Shown piece by piece: positions 6,622 to 14,712 of a DNA stretch of 48,220 nt; the first letter of the stretch is position 1; each line of letters opens with the position of its first letter. The stretch is from positions 1 to 48,220 of the IMG/VR virus record IMGVR_UViG_3300009285_000016; one strand, written 5' to 3'. Under the pieces are notes generated by a model, which made no database searches, was not told the origin of the DNA, and worked only from the letters and a program-made list of their open reading frames with translations. This DNA comes from a virus. The translations under genes and the position numbers were made by a program.

Positions 6622-6801
6622 ATGACTAAGCTTAAATTTAAACCAAAGATTGATACAGCGCACCTAAAGCGTTGGTTGCGGAAAGCAAAAGCATTGACAA
6701 GAAGGTTCGATACCGAGGAATGTACTATTTTGGGTCAGAACCTTGCTTATGACATCATAAAAATACTTGCCCAGAAAGGATGGGAAAGCCGTTATGATTG
6801 A
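6622..6801 (+). CDS. Hypothetical protein (59 aa)
   Basis: First ATG in the 6589-6801 ORF (the track start is TTG). SD is weak and the start is uncertain. Confidence 0.45.
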   Translation: MTKLKFKPKIDTAHLKRWLRKAKALTRRFDTEECTILGQNLAYDIIKILAQKGWESRYD

Positions 6802-7081
6802 AACTACAAAAAGAGTGAACTGGATACGTGAATGCGCTTTGAGTTGTCAAGAGTGTCCACATGATGAGACTGGCTGTACTGACTTATGTCAAATGTTAGG
6901 AGCCTATGATTTTGTGAAAGCAAAGTACTACGGCATGCAGGACCGCGCAGAGCAAGCAGAGGCTGAACGTGAGGAGCTGGCTGAGATATTGGAGGATTTA
7001 ATTACAGAAGCGGCGGAAGTATTGCCAGATAACTGTGAAGCGCTCAAGGTCGCGCTTACTGCGGTGAGTAAGAAGCCATGA
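6794..7081 (+). CDS. Hypothetical Cys-containing protein with an acidic C-terminus (95 aa)
   Basis: ATG at 6794 follows AAAGGATGGGAAAG. The track start at 6767 is TTG. Confidence 0.5.
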   Translation: MIETTKRVNWIRECALSCQECPHDETGCTDLCQMLGAYDFVKAKYYGMQDRAEQAEAEREELAEILEDLITEAAEVLPDNCEALKVALTAVSKKP

Positions 7082-7362
7082 AAACCCAAGTTTCAAAGCG
7101 TTTAGGGAAGACGGCCCAAGACCACGACCACATAACATGGAAGCCAGTGCAGCTTTCAAATGGTAAAGTAATTTCTTGTGGTATCTGTACTTGTCTTAAT
7201 TTTTGGAAAGATTTACATGGCGAGGATGAAAAAACTCGTGCATGGTGGCTAGGATTTAATCCGCCGCGTAAATTGCGTCTTGCAACAGAAAGTATTGTAA
7301 AGCGTATAGAACGACGCAAGAAAAGAAAGGAAGCGCGAAATGACAGGCCGAGAAGCACGTAA
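7078..7362 (+). CDS. Hypothetical basic protein (94 aa)
   Basis: ATGA overlap with the upstream gene. Confidence 0.5.
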   Translation: MKTQVSKRLGKTAQDHDHITWKPVQLSNGKVISCGICTCLNFWKDLHGEDEKTRAWWLGFNPPRKLRLATESIVKRIERRKKRKEARNDRPRST

Positions 7363-7519
7363 GTGTTATGAGGAAATTTGTCAGCAAGCAAAACTTGAAT
7401 ATGAAGACCGTCTTGAACGTGCTGTAGATAAATATAAAGCAGCACTTTCAAATGCCTGGGAAGTTTACAAACAAAACTCGCTTCAGATAAAGGAGGAACC
7501 AGATGAAAAACTTGTTTAA
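7340..7519 (+). CDS. Small hypothetical coiled-coil protein (59 aa; below the ORF-track cutoff)
   Basis: Hand translation gives MTGREARKCYEEICQQAKLEYEDRLERAVDKYKAALSNAWEVYKQNSLQIKEEPDEKLV*. AAAGGAAG lies upstream. It fills an otherwise empty 140-bp stretch. Confidence 0.45.
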   Translation: MTGREARKCYEEICQQAKLEYEDRLERAVDKYKAALSNAWEVYKQNSLQIKEEPDEKLV

Positions 7520-7823
7520 ATTTGTGCTGTTATATTCTTTAATGGCGGTTGTTTTTATTTTGCCACTAGGTGTTGTGCTATTCTTTTCATATCTTACGCC
7601 ATGGGCGCTGCTAGCATTACTAATTGTACTTCCTTATACAGTAGGCGTGCTTGTGTGGTGGGGCAGGGTACCGCCTAGTAAGAAGCCGCTATTGTCACAA
7701 GTTTATTTCTGTGTAGAGTGTCAAGGCGTTGTGCCTGATATTGCTAAACGCGGTAAAGACCCTGTTTACAGCGCATATATTTGCACCTGCACGCAGATTT
7801 ACAACGATTTGCAGTACAAATAA
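7503..7823 (+). CDS. Membrane protein (106 aa, two predicted TM helices) with a C-terminal Cys cluster
   Basis: Strong SD (AAAGGAGGAACCAGATG). Hydrophobic stretches FVLLYSLMAVVFILPLGVVLFF and WALLALLIVLPYTVGVLVWW. Confidence 0.65.
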   Translation: MKNLFKFVLLYSLMAVVFILPLGVVLFFSYLTPWALLALLIVLPYTVGVLVWWGRVPPSKKPLLSQVYFCVECQGVVPDIAKRGKDPVYSAYICTCTQIYNDLQYK

Positions 7824-7978
7824 TGGTGTATTGGCAATGGTACTTGTTACTTTTGTTTGCTGTACCGCCCGTTAGTCTCTTTACTGCCGGGTTTCTTTAT
7901 GGCTTTTTACAAGGATTGGAGAAAGCATGGACTTTTTATCAGAAGAAGCTTTTAGAAGAGGAGAAGAAAGACATGTAG
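7823..7978 (+). CDS. Small membrane protein (51 aa)
   Basis: TAATG overlap with the upstream stop. Hydrophobic segment WYLLLLFAVPPVSLFTAGFLYGFL. It overlaps the next ORF by 52 nt, so confidence is moderate. Confidence 0.4.
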   Translation: MVYWQWYLLLLFAVPPVSLFTAGFLYGFLQGLEKAWTFYQKKLLEEEKKDM

Positions 7979-8328
7979 TAGGTACGAAGAAACGACACAT
8001 ACTCACCTACAAAAGTCTCGCTCTGGACGATTCAGACTCATATATAAATAAACACGGAAAAGTACGTACTCTTAAAGATATGTCGAGCACCGAAATAGCA
8101 GCGCTGGAAGTTCAATACGGTTGTAAAGTGCTACCAAAAACGTTTGTGGCGAAAGCCCCCAAGAAACAGCGGATTGTTGCGTGTTCAACTTGCGGCAAAG
8201 CTTTCGCGCGACAAAATGTCTATAATACTTGGATGGGCAATTCAAAAGATTGTGCGTCGTGTAGAGGGAAGAAACAACACGCAAAACGAAAGGGGAAGGC
8301 TTATGACCGCACTGCTAATCGCCTTTAG
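7927..8328 (+). CDS. Hypothetical protein with a C-terminal CxxC...CxxC zinc-ribbon-like motif (133 aa)
   Basis: GGAGAAAGCATG start. Motif CSTCGKAF...CASCRGK. Confidence 0.55.
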   Translation: MDFLSEEAFRRGEERHVVGTKKRHILTYKSLALDDSDSYINKHGKVRTLKDMSSTEIAALEVQYGCKVLPKTFVAKAPKKQRIVACSTCGKAFARQNVYNTWMGNSKDCASCRGKKQHAKRKGKAYDRTANRL

Positions 8329-8452
8329 AGATTTTCTAGACGCTAACAACAGCTTTGTATTGCTGTTTGTTTCTGTAATCTTTGGTTTTGCTATGGGGAA
8401 GTGTAACGAAAATATTCCGCGTCTCTGTAGGAAATGTCGTGAAGATAGGTGA
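8303..8452 (+). CDS. Small membrane protein (49 aa), tentative
   Basis: ATG at 8303 after AGGGGAAGG. TM-like segment SFVLLFVSVIFGFAMG. This is the internal start of track ORF 8144-8452. Confidence 0.35.
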   Translation: MTALLIAFRDFLDANNSFVLLFVSVIFGFAMGKCNENIPRLCRKCREDR

Positions 8453-9461
8453 AATTATAGTTCCGAAGAAGTTTGTGTGGCCGCCACCACTTCTTGAGGA
8501 TTGGTGTGCTCAAGTAGACTCTGAACCAACTCCAGAGTGGTTACTAAAGAATCTTGTTCCAGCAGATGCTGCAATTATTATGTCGGGCATTCCCAAGCTT
8601 GCATTCAAGACCTGGTTTGCGTTTCAAATGGTGCGTGCGTTAGCGTCTGGACAAAAATTGGCTGCTTTAGAGCCCGTTAAACCTGTGCGTTGTCTCATCT
8701 TAGAACTTGAAGGTCCGCGAAAACAAACGCGGTCGCGATGGCGGCTTTTAGAAAATGGGGACGGGTTAGGTATACCGCCTGGTATGATTTATTTTGTGCA
8801 CCGTTACCCAATTATGTTGGATAATATAGATTGGTGCCAAAAAATCTGTCAGCTTGTAGCGGAAAAGGAAATCAAATTTGTCGTGATTGATACTCTTGCG
8901 CGCGCTAACGCAGGTGATGAAAATTCTGCACAAGACATGAGCATTGTTATGCGTGCCCTGGACCAAATACGCTTGGCGTCTATGGGTTGTAGCGTGATGT
9001 GGTTGCACCACCTTACAAAAGAGGAATGGAGTCGTAAAACAGGTAAGCCTATTGATAAGGACATCGACCAAGAAGTACGTGGTAGTACTGTTTTGATGGG
9101 TGGCTATGACGTTCACTTTGCGTTTCGTCGTAAGGTAATTGACTCACGTGCTTTGCTGCTTACAGTACGTCACAAAGATGACGAAGAGTGCTACTTTAAT
9201 GTGTACTGGGATTTTGAAAAGGAGACTGCTGCCGCGCAGTTAAAAATGGTGGCACTTAATCCCAACGTTCCAGACCAACAAATGCTTGAACATTGTTGCG
9301 GATTGTTACTTCCAGACCAAGAGTACACAATGGGGCAACTTATTCAACAATGGGAAGTGCCACACAGCATTGCCGCCGCTATGATACGTAAGTTACTTGA
9401 AGATGGGTTGATGAAACAAAAAGGAAAAAACTTCTTTTTAGAGGAAGAGGAGGAGCCGTGA
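8439..9461 (+). CDS. RecA-fold ATPase of the RepA/AAA_25 type (DnaB-like helicase-loader class) with an atypical P-loop
   Basis: Walker-B/sensor region KFVVIDTLARANAGDENSAQDMSIVMRALDQI and VMWLHHLTKEE match the AAA_25 pattern (lvviD.l....gdeN / vllvHHt.K). The P-loop position reads SGIPKLAFKT (8583-8612) instead of GxxxxGK[ST]. Start is uncertain: GTG at 8439 after AGGAAA, versus TTG at 8382 in the track. Confidence 0.6.
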   Translation: MKIGEIIVPKKFVWPPPLLEDWCAQVDSEPTPEWLLKNLVPADAAIIMSGIPKLAFKTWFAFQMVRALASGQKLAALEPVKPVRCLILELEGPRKQTRSRWRLLENGDGLGIPPGMIYFVHRYPIMLDNIDWCQKICQLVAEKEIKFVVIDTLARANAGDENSAQDMSIVMRALDQIRLASMGCSVMWLHHLTKEEWSRKTGKPIDKDIDQEVRGSTVLMGGYDVHFAFRRKVIDSRALLLTVRHKDDEECYFNVYWDFEKETAAAQLKMVALNPNVPDQQMLEHCCGLLLPDQEYTMGQLIQQWEVPHSIAAAMIRKLLEDGLMKQKGKNFFLEEEEEP

Positions 9462-9838
9462 AACAAGTAAAAATTTGGTCACGTTCATATTTAGAACATG
9501 CGGCAGGTACGAGTTATTCCCATGTAGATGTTCCGGCTTGGGGACCGTGGAATTACTTTGTTCAAGTGGATGACGGCACTCCAGGAGAAAAGTATTGTTT
9601 TGTAAAGGGATTACCTATTTCTAAAGACGAGCAGCTTTGGGAACGTAAAGTGCTTATCAACTTATTTTTTGGTAATCTTCATAACTCTAAATTTTGGGAA
9701 GACGTTATTTCAAGCGTTATATTACCAGACATTCCTCCAATGCACACTAAAGATAATAAGAAAGAAGTTGGTTGCCGTTGTGACATCTCACAACTTTGGA
9801 ACGGCTTTGGACACAATGAAGGTTGCTCCGAAAGGTAG
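9458..9838 (+). CDS. Hypothetical protein (126 aa)
   Basis: GTG start after GGAGGAG, overlapping the upstream stop. Confidence 0.55.
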   Translation: MKQVKIWSRSYLEHAAGTSYSHVDVPAWGPWNYFVQVDDGTPGEKYCFVKGLPISKDEQLWERKVLINLFFGNLHNSKFWEDVISSVILPDIPPMHTKDNKKEVGCRCDISQLWNGFGHNEGCSER

Positions 9839-9840
9839 AC

Positions 9841-10209
9841 GTGCCTTACAGTTGTGAAAAATGTGGTTTAAACTTTGCTATAGGCTTCTGCTTTACGTGT
9901 GGACCAAGTGCCACAAGAAAGATTTTGCCAATGTACGATTCGATTAATCATCCTTTTCACTACACTTCAACAGCGTTTGAGGTTATTGATGTTATCGAAA
10001 ACTTTAGTCTTGGTTTTTGTCTTGGGAATGTCATGAAGTACATCCTACGTGCCGGAAAGAAAGTACATGTTAACGAGATTGAAGACTTAAAAAAAGCGGC
10101 GTGGTACCTACAAAGGCACATAGAACAGCGTAGTAAAGAGTTAAAAACCGCTTTTTACCGCGTTGACGATACAGAATCGACAGCAAACGAATTGCTTTTA
10201 CGTCGTTGA
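9841..10209 (+). CDS. DUF3310 (SaV-like) domain protein with an N-terminal zinc ribbon (122 aa)
   Basis: INHPFHYTSTAFEVIDVIENF...GNVMKYILRAGKK...EDLKKAAWYLQRHI matches the conserved hPsHY...id.ie...gn.iKYl.Rag.K...eDl.KA.wYl pattern of DUF3310. CEKCG...CFTCG lies at the N-terminus. GTG at 9841 follows AAAGGTAG. Confidence 0.65.
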   Translation: MPYSCEKCGLNFAIGFCFTCGPSATRKILPMYDSINHPFHYTSTAFEVIDVIENFSLGFCLGNVMKYILRAGKKVHVNEIEDLKKAAWYLQRHIEQRSKELKTAFYRVDDTESTANELLLRR

Positions 10210-10239
10210 GATGCTAGTTTAATTGTGGGTGCTAGGTGT

Positions 10240-10291
10240 GGAGACAGTTCACACAAGACTTTGATTAAATTCCCTTAGGAACTTAGTCTCC
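10240..10291 (+). other. Long imperfect inverted repeat (GGAGACAGTTC ... GAACT-TA-GTCTCC) inside the 120-bp gap between operon segments
   Basis: Read directly: 11 bp of pairing with a 2-nt bulge and a 28-nt loop. The loop contains a possible TTGATT-17-TAGTCT promoter. Confidence 0.4.
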
Positions 10292-10329
10292 CTCCTTGCG
10301 CCCTACCTTTCGTTTCACGGGAGGTTGCT

Positions 10330-10575
10330 GTGGCAAAAGAAAAGCAGAAGAATCCTTATGTGCGACAAAGCATGTCCGTTGCACTATCGCGTAAGGAAAT
10401 TGACGCAATACGTTTAATGGCTGACCGTGCTAAGCTTTCAGTGAGTGATTTTATCCGTCGCTGTATAGATATGGCAGGACACAGAATTAGCGGTATTGAA
10501 CATGAACCACTGGCTTATCGTGGACCACGAGAAGAAGTTAAATCAGAACTCGAAAGTGAATGGGAGTTGCTATGA
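10330..10575 (+). CDS. Ribbon-helix-helix (CopG/MobC-like) DNA-binding protein (81 aa)
   Basis: GTG start after GGGAGG. MSVALSRKEIDAIRLMADRAKLSVSDFIRRCI fits the RHH beta-strand/helix/helix pattern (v.ls..e...l...A...g.s.SdfiR). Confidence 0.6.
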   Translation: MAKEKQKNPYVRQSMSVALSRKEIDAIRLMADRAKLSVSDFIRRCIDMAGHRISGIEHEPLAYRGPREEVKSELESEWELL

Positions 10576-11474
10576 ACGTTTCTGGTTACCCTAAAGTTTG
10601 GAACGTGGGGCACGGCGAGCTTGTTAAGTTACTGTTTGATGACGTTCTTGTTGAAGAAAAGATAGATGGCTCACAATTTTCGTTTTGCAGGAGCGGCGAA
10701 GAACTTTTTATGCGCAGCAAAAATGCGGAAATTTTTGTGGATGCGCCAGAAAAGCTCTTTGCCAAAGCCGTAGAAACTGTAAAAGAGCTTGCGCCGCTAC
10801 TTGTTTCAGGCTGGGTTTACCGTGCAGAGTATTTAAGAAAGCCGAAGCATAACGTATTGGCTTACTCTAGAACGCCCTTTAAGAACCTTATTCTATTTGA
10901 CGTAGAAGACAAAACTAGATTTTGTTTACGCGGGCCACAAAAAGCCGAAGAAGCTGCGCGTCTTGGACTAGAATGTGTGCCCACGCTCTACTACGGAAAA
11001 CTTAAAAGCATTGAAGAGCTTAAGGTGCTGCTTGAAAAGGAATCTATTTTAGGAGGCGTGAAGCTTGAGGGTGTCGTTATCAAGAACTACACATGCTGGG
11101 GAAGAGACGGAAAGTTCCTTGCAGGTAAGTATGTTTCAGAGGCTTTCAAAGAAATTCATACCGAAGAATGGAAGAAGCAGAACCCACAAAAAGCGGACGT
11201 AGTTCAAGCCCTTATCGTCAAATTTAGCTCTGAAGCTCGGTGGCAGAAAGCTGTTCAACATCTAACAGAAACGAGCAGACTCGAAAACTCTCCGCGTGAC
11301 ATTGGCAAGTTAATGCTTGCTGTACAACAAGACGTGGAAGAAGAATGTACAGAAGAGATTATGCAACGCTTGTTTGATTGGGCGTGGCCACAAATAAAGC
11401 GTGCCGTGTGTGGCGGTTTGCCACAGTGGTACAAAGAACAGCTTCTTAAGAGCCAGTTTGAAAAACCACAATGA
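10572..11474 (+). CDS. ATP-dependent RNA-ligase-like nucleotidyltransferase (Rnl2/PF09414-type, 300 aa)
   Basis: - N-terminal YPKVWN.
- Motif I EEKIDGSQ (Lys30 codon at 10659-10661), which is the KxDGS RNA-ligase form rather than the DNA-ligase KxDGxR form.
- Motif III-like WVYRAEYL, motif IV EGVVIKNY, motif V LAGKYVSEAFKE. Confidence 0.65.
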   Translation: MNVSGYPKVWNVGHGELVKLLFDDVLVEEKIDGSQFSFCRSGEELFMRSKNAEIFVDAPEKLFAKAVETVKELAPLLVSGWVYRAEYLRKPKHNVLAYSRTPFKNLILFDVEDKTRFCLRGPQKAEEAARLGLECVPTLYYGKLKSIEELKVLLEKESILGGVKLEGVVIKNYTCWGRDGKFLAGKYVSEAFKEIHTEEWKKQNPQKADVVQALIVKFSSEARWQKAVQHLTETSRLENSPRDIGKLMLAVQQDVEEECTEEIMQRLFDWAWPQIKRAVCGGLPQWYKEQLLKSQFEKPQ

Positions 11475-13012
11475 AGCTTATTACGTTTTCTCAAAATGTA
11501 GAAAAACCGTGGCTTTGGCACGTAGCGCCACCGCTGAACACATTGCCACAGATTATTGCGCCCGACGCGCCGGGAGTAAAGCATTATAAGTACAACAGTG
11601 TGGTTCCGGCGGAATACATACAGACAGTTGCAAAGCAAATTCGAGCAACAAACACGAGCGCTGAATATCGGGCTACGGGAATTGCGTTGCGTGTAGCACA
11701 ACTAAAATTAGACACTCTTCACGAATATCAACAAGGTGCTGTTAGTGCTGCTGTAACTAGTGGGCACGGTAGATGGTTGTTCAACGACGACACAGGTCTT
11801 GGTAAAGCGGCACAAAGTTTACGCGCAGCGTTAGCATTATGTGGTTCCTCCGCAAGACTGCTGGTTGTATGTCCCGCGATGGTACGCGAAGCGTGGCGGA
11901 ACGAAGTAATACGTTGGTTTTCGCCAGACGTTAGCGTCGGTATAATAGACACGGGACCAGTGAGAAAGCTTAGTAAGAAGCAGCACATTGCTCGTGAACA
12001 AGCTTATAACACGCAAGTTGCTGTTATTTCCTACAACTTACTGCATCACCTTTTGTTACGCGAGTTTGACGTAATTATTTGGGACGAAGTACACAAATTG
12101 AAGAACGTAGAAACTGACTATCATAAAACCGCTAAGAAGTTTGCTTCTGTTCAAATACAGTTTGGTACGTCGGCTACTGCAATGCCCGACAAACCCGTAG
12201 ATTTTTACGGTATTGGAGAAATCCTTTATCCTGGCCGTTACGGTACGGAGTTTGAATTTAAACAGTATTATGCAGACGTTTTCAACAACGGATTTGGTTG
12301 GCAATACAAAGGTATAAACGAGAAGCACGCTGATGACTTGCGTTTTCGTCTTTCACAGTGCAGTTCACGAACAGTTCGACAGGAGGTAGCACATTTGCTT
12401 CCCGCGATAGACATAAGTGTCGCGAAATTGTCTAAAGATTTTAATGCGGGCGTGTTGGAGTGGGCACGCGATGCAGCAGAGTGTGTTTCACACTTTGCTT
12501 TACTTACACACCTACGTGAAACCGCGTGGTGCTGGCAGGACATTTTGCAACGCGCTGGCGTACAGAACGTGCTGTGCTTAACGGGAGACGTAAGCACCGT
12601 CAAACGCGCTACAGCATTAAATATTCTTCGTGGACAACGAGAGGGCGTGCTTATAGCCACGATGCATAGCGTCGGAATCGGCATTGACTTGACATTTTGT
12701 CAACGCGTTTTGCTTATTGAGCTTGATTACACTACTGAAGCCATCATTCAGGCGCTTGGGCGGTTTTCTCGTCTGTGTGGAAAGCTGCCATCACACGTTA
12801 CAATTTGCGTGCGCAATGGACGTGAGGAGATGAAAGCACACACACTCTCCAAAAAAATCGCTGCTATCAACAAGGCAATAAAGAATAGCGAAATATCTAC
12901 GAAACTTTGTGCAGCGCTTGCTTCAGGAAGCACGGTTGACATGAAGCATTTTCTAACTGCTATTGACGCGGGTGAAGACGACCCTTATTTTGAAAACATT
13001 AAGGAGGAGTGA
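11471..13012 (+). CDS. SNF2-family DNA helicase/translocase (513 aa)
   Basis: LHEYQQGAV, DDTGLGKAAQSL (motif I), VIIWDEVHKLKN (DExH), GTSATAMPDKPVDFY (motif III), and a C-terminal helicase lobe LIATMHSVGIGIDL...QALGRFSR. Confidence 0.85.
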   Translation: MKLITFSQNVEKPWLWHVAPPLNTLPQIIAPDAPGVKHYKYNSVVPAEYIQTVAKQIRATNTSAEYRATGIALRVAQLKLDTLHEYQQGAVSAAVTSGHGRWLFNDDTGLGKAAQSLRAALALCGSSARLLVVCPAMVREAWRNEVIRWFSPDVSVGIIDTGPVRKLSKKQHIAREQAYNTQVAVISYNLLHHLLLREFDVIIWDEVHKLKNVETDYHKTAKKFASVQIQFGTSATAMPDKPVDFYGIGEILYPGRYGTEFEFKQYYADVFNNGFGWQYKGINEKHADDLRFRLSQCSSRTVRQEVAHLLPAIDISVAKLSKDFNAGVLEWARDAAECVSHFALLTHLRETAWCWQDILQRAGVQNVLCLTGDVSTVKRATALNILRGQREGVLIATMHSVGIGIDLTFCQRVLLIELDYTTEAIIQALGRFSRLCGKLPSHVTICVRNGREEMKAHTLSKKIAAINKAIKNSEISTKLCAALASGSTVDMKHFLTAIDAGEDDPYFENIKEE

Positions 13013-13836
13013 TGACTGAACCACAACCTGTTCTTTACGTTGAGAATACGGGCGGAAGTGGGCGTGGCATTAGTTTCTACAGTGAAGCCGCATTGTGTGG
13101 ACGCAGAGCTAAACTAAACTCGGAGTTTGAAAATATACCGGGAGAAGCCGCAGCAGTTGGAATTGTCTTTCATAAGCTCGCTGAGTTGTACCACAAGGGA
13201 GAAGATGTGCCGCAAGTTGTGCTTCCTTACAACAACTTTAGTGCAGACGCTGTACAGGAAGGGCTGCGTCTATTCGGTGCTTACCGGCAACGCTACCGTC
13301 CTGACGCTTTTGGAAAAGTAATCGACACGGAAATCCTGTTACCCAAAGGCGGGCTCGACGCAGCACCAGAAGAACAAGAGCGCGTTCTTGCGGCAGTCGG
13401 TGTGTGGCCTTTTACGGCACGAATAGACGCGGCTGTACGTCTAGAAACCGCGCGACAAATCAGTGGCTATACTTTAGAGCCAGGGGTGTATCTTATTGAC
13501 CACAAGACCAAAAAGCGGAAAGACCCGGACGCAGAAACAACCTACCGTTTTAGTTTGCAGATGTTATCTTACCAAGTGCTTTGGAACGCGCTGCATCCTG
13601 AAACACGTTGTAGTGGCTTTATCATCAACATTGTCGTTGCCCACAAAAAGCTGGACGAAAATAGTTTCGAGCAACTATTTGTTCCCCCTCCGACCGAGAT
13701 TGAAATCGTCGGCTTCAAAACGTGGTTACAAGACGCAGCGTTGAAAGCGCAACTTAATGTAGCTAACCTAGCCCGTTGCACGTTGGGTTACGGCTTATGC
13801 CCACACCTGCTAAACGGCGCGTGTTCTAGAAACTAA
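13012..13836 (+). CDS. PD-(D/E)xK nuclease, Cas4/RecB-like, with an Fe-S-type Cys cluster (274 aa)
   Basis: GIVFHKLAELYH, IDAAVRL and VYLIDHKT (D...D/ExK), QMLSYQ. One N-terminal Cys (ALCGRR) plus a C-terminal C-x7-C-x8-C (RCTLGYGLCPHLLNGAC). Confidence 0.65.
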   Translation: MTEPQPVLYVENTGGSGRGISFYSEAALCGRRAKLNSEFENIPGEAAAVGIVFHKLAELYHKGEDVPQVVLPYNNFSADAVQEGLRLFGAYRQRYRPDAFGKVIDTEILLPKGGLDAAPEEQERVLAAVGVWPFTARIDAAVRLETARQISGYTLEPGVYLIDHKTKKRKDPDAETTYRFSLQMLSYQVLWNALHPETRCSGFIINIVVAHKKLDENSFEQLFVPPPTEIEIVGFKTWLQDAALKAQLNVANLARCTLGYGLCPHLLNGACSRN

Positions 13837-13845
13837 GGAGATAGT

Positions 13846-14712
13846 ATGGCGAAGCTCGAAGAAATTAAACCGACTGAGAAAGTAGACTTTAGCAGTTTTT
13901 TGAAAAAGAGCAGCGATGTGATTTTAGATAAAGAAAGAGTTTTACTTGTCGGACCGCCTGGACACGGTAAGACTACTGCTGCTATGACATGCAGTAAATA
14001 CATTACGGAAGGTTTCCCGCTCAAGAAGCCCGGCGTTCCGGTTGCTCTTACAGATGTATATTACGTCATGCTCGATAATACTGGATTAGATTGTATTCAC
14101 GGCACGGGAGTTTATTTACCGGAAGGGCATGTTATTGACCTTCAAAATGTAACAGGTGGTGCGTTGAAGAAAGCGCTTGTAGATACGGTAGATTATCTTA
14201 AACCGCGCGTAACCAAAACTGACTACGTAATTGTAGACAGTGTAACGGCGATTGACGCCGCGCTCTCTGGTTGGAAGTCAGATATTGAAGGTTGGGGCTT
14301 TATGCGAGCAGTCGGGCGCGAGCATTTAGACCTATTTCTGAAGTTTCGCGAGCTTCCGTGCTGGATTATCTATACTTGCCATGTTAAAGCTCGTTATGAA
14401 GCTTCGACAGCGGATACTCCGGAAGCTAAACAGCAAAAAGATACAGTGAAGCGAGCGTCCGGTGCAGAAACAGCAGAATTAATCATGGCTCTCACTGGAC
14501 AAACGGTTACGCAGCAGTATCGTAATAATGCGTCGTTCATTATTCCGACGTTCGCTTTGGGAAGCGGAAGTAGTAGAAAGTTTCGTTTCTATCCGCACGG
14601 TAAATTTGGAATTGAAGCTAAAAATCGTTTTGGGAGATTTCTCGCAGAGGAAGAGCCGGCCCACCTTAGCGAGATGTTTAAAAAAATCAGGGCCGTAGGA
14701 GAAAACGTATGA
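13846..14712 (+). CDS. AAA_24/Sak4-like RecA-fold ATPase (recombination mediator, 288 aa)
   Basis: Strong SD. Walker A VLLVGPPGHGKTT and Walker B YVIVDSVTAID. The position next to a DUF669-like gene is the usual arrangement. Confidence 0.65.
   Translation: MAKLEEIKPTEKVDFSSFLKKSSDVILDKERVLLVGPPGHGKTTAAMTCSKYITEGFPLKKPGVPVALTDVYYVMLDNTGLDCIHGTGVYLPEGHVIDLQNVTGGALKKALVDTVDYLKPRVTKTDYVIVDSVTAIDAALSGWKSDIEGWGFMRAVGREHLDLFLKFRELPCWIIYTCHVKARYEASTADTPEAKQQKDTVKRASGAETAELIMALTGQTVTQQYRNNASFIIPTFALGSGSSRKFRFYPHGKFGIEAKNRFGRFLAEEEPAHLSEMFKKIRAVGENV

Noticed and set aside
8144-8302. Upstream part of track ORF 8144-8452
   Set aside because: It lies entirely inside gene 7927-8328 in another frame. Only the SD-preceded distal part (8303-8452) is kept, at low confidence.
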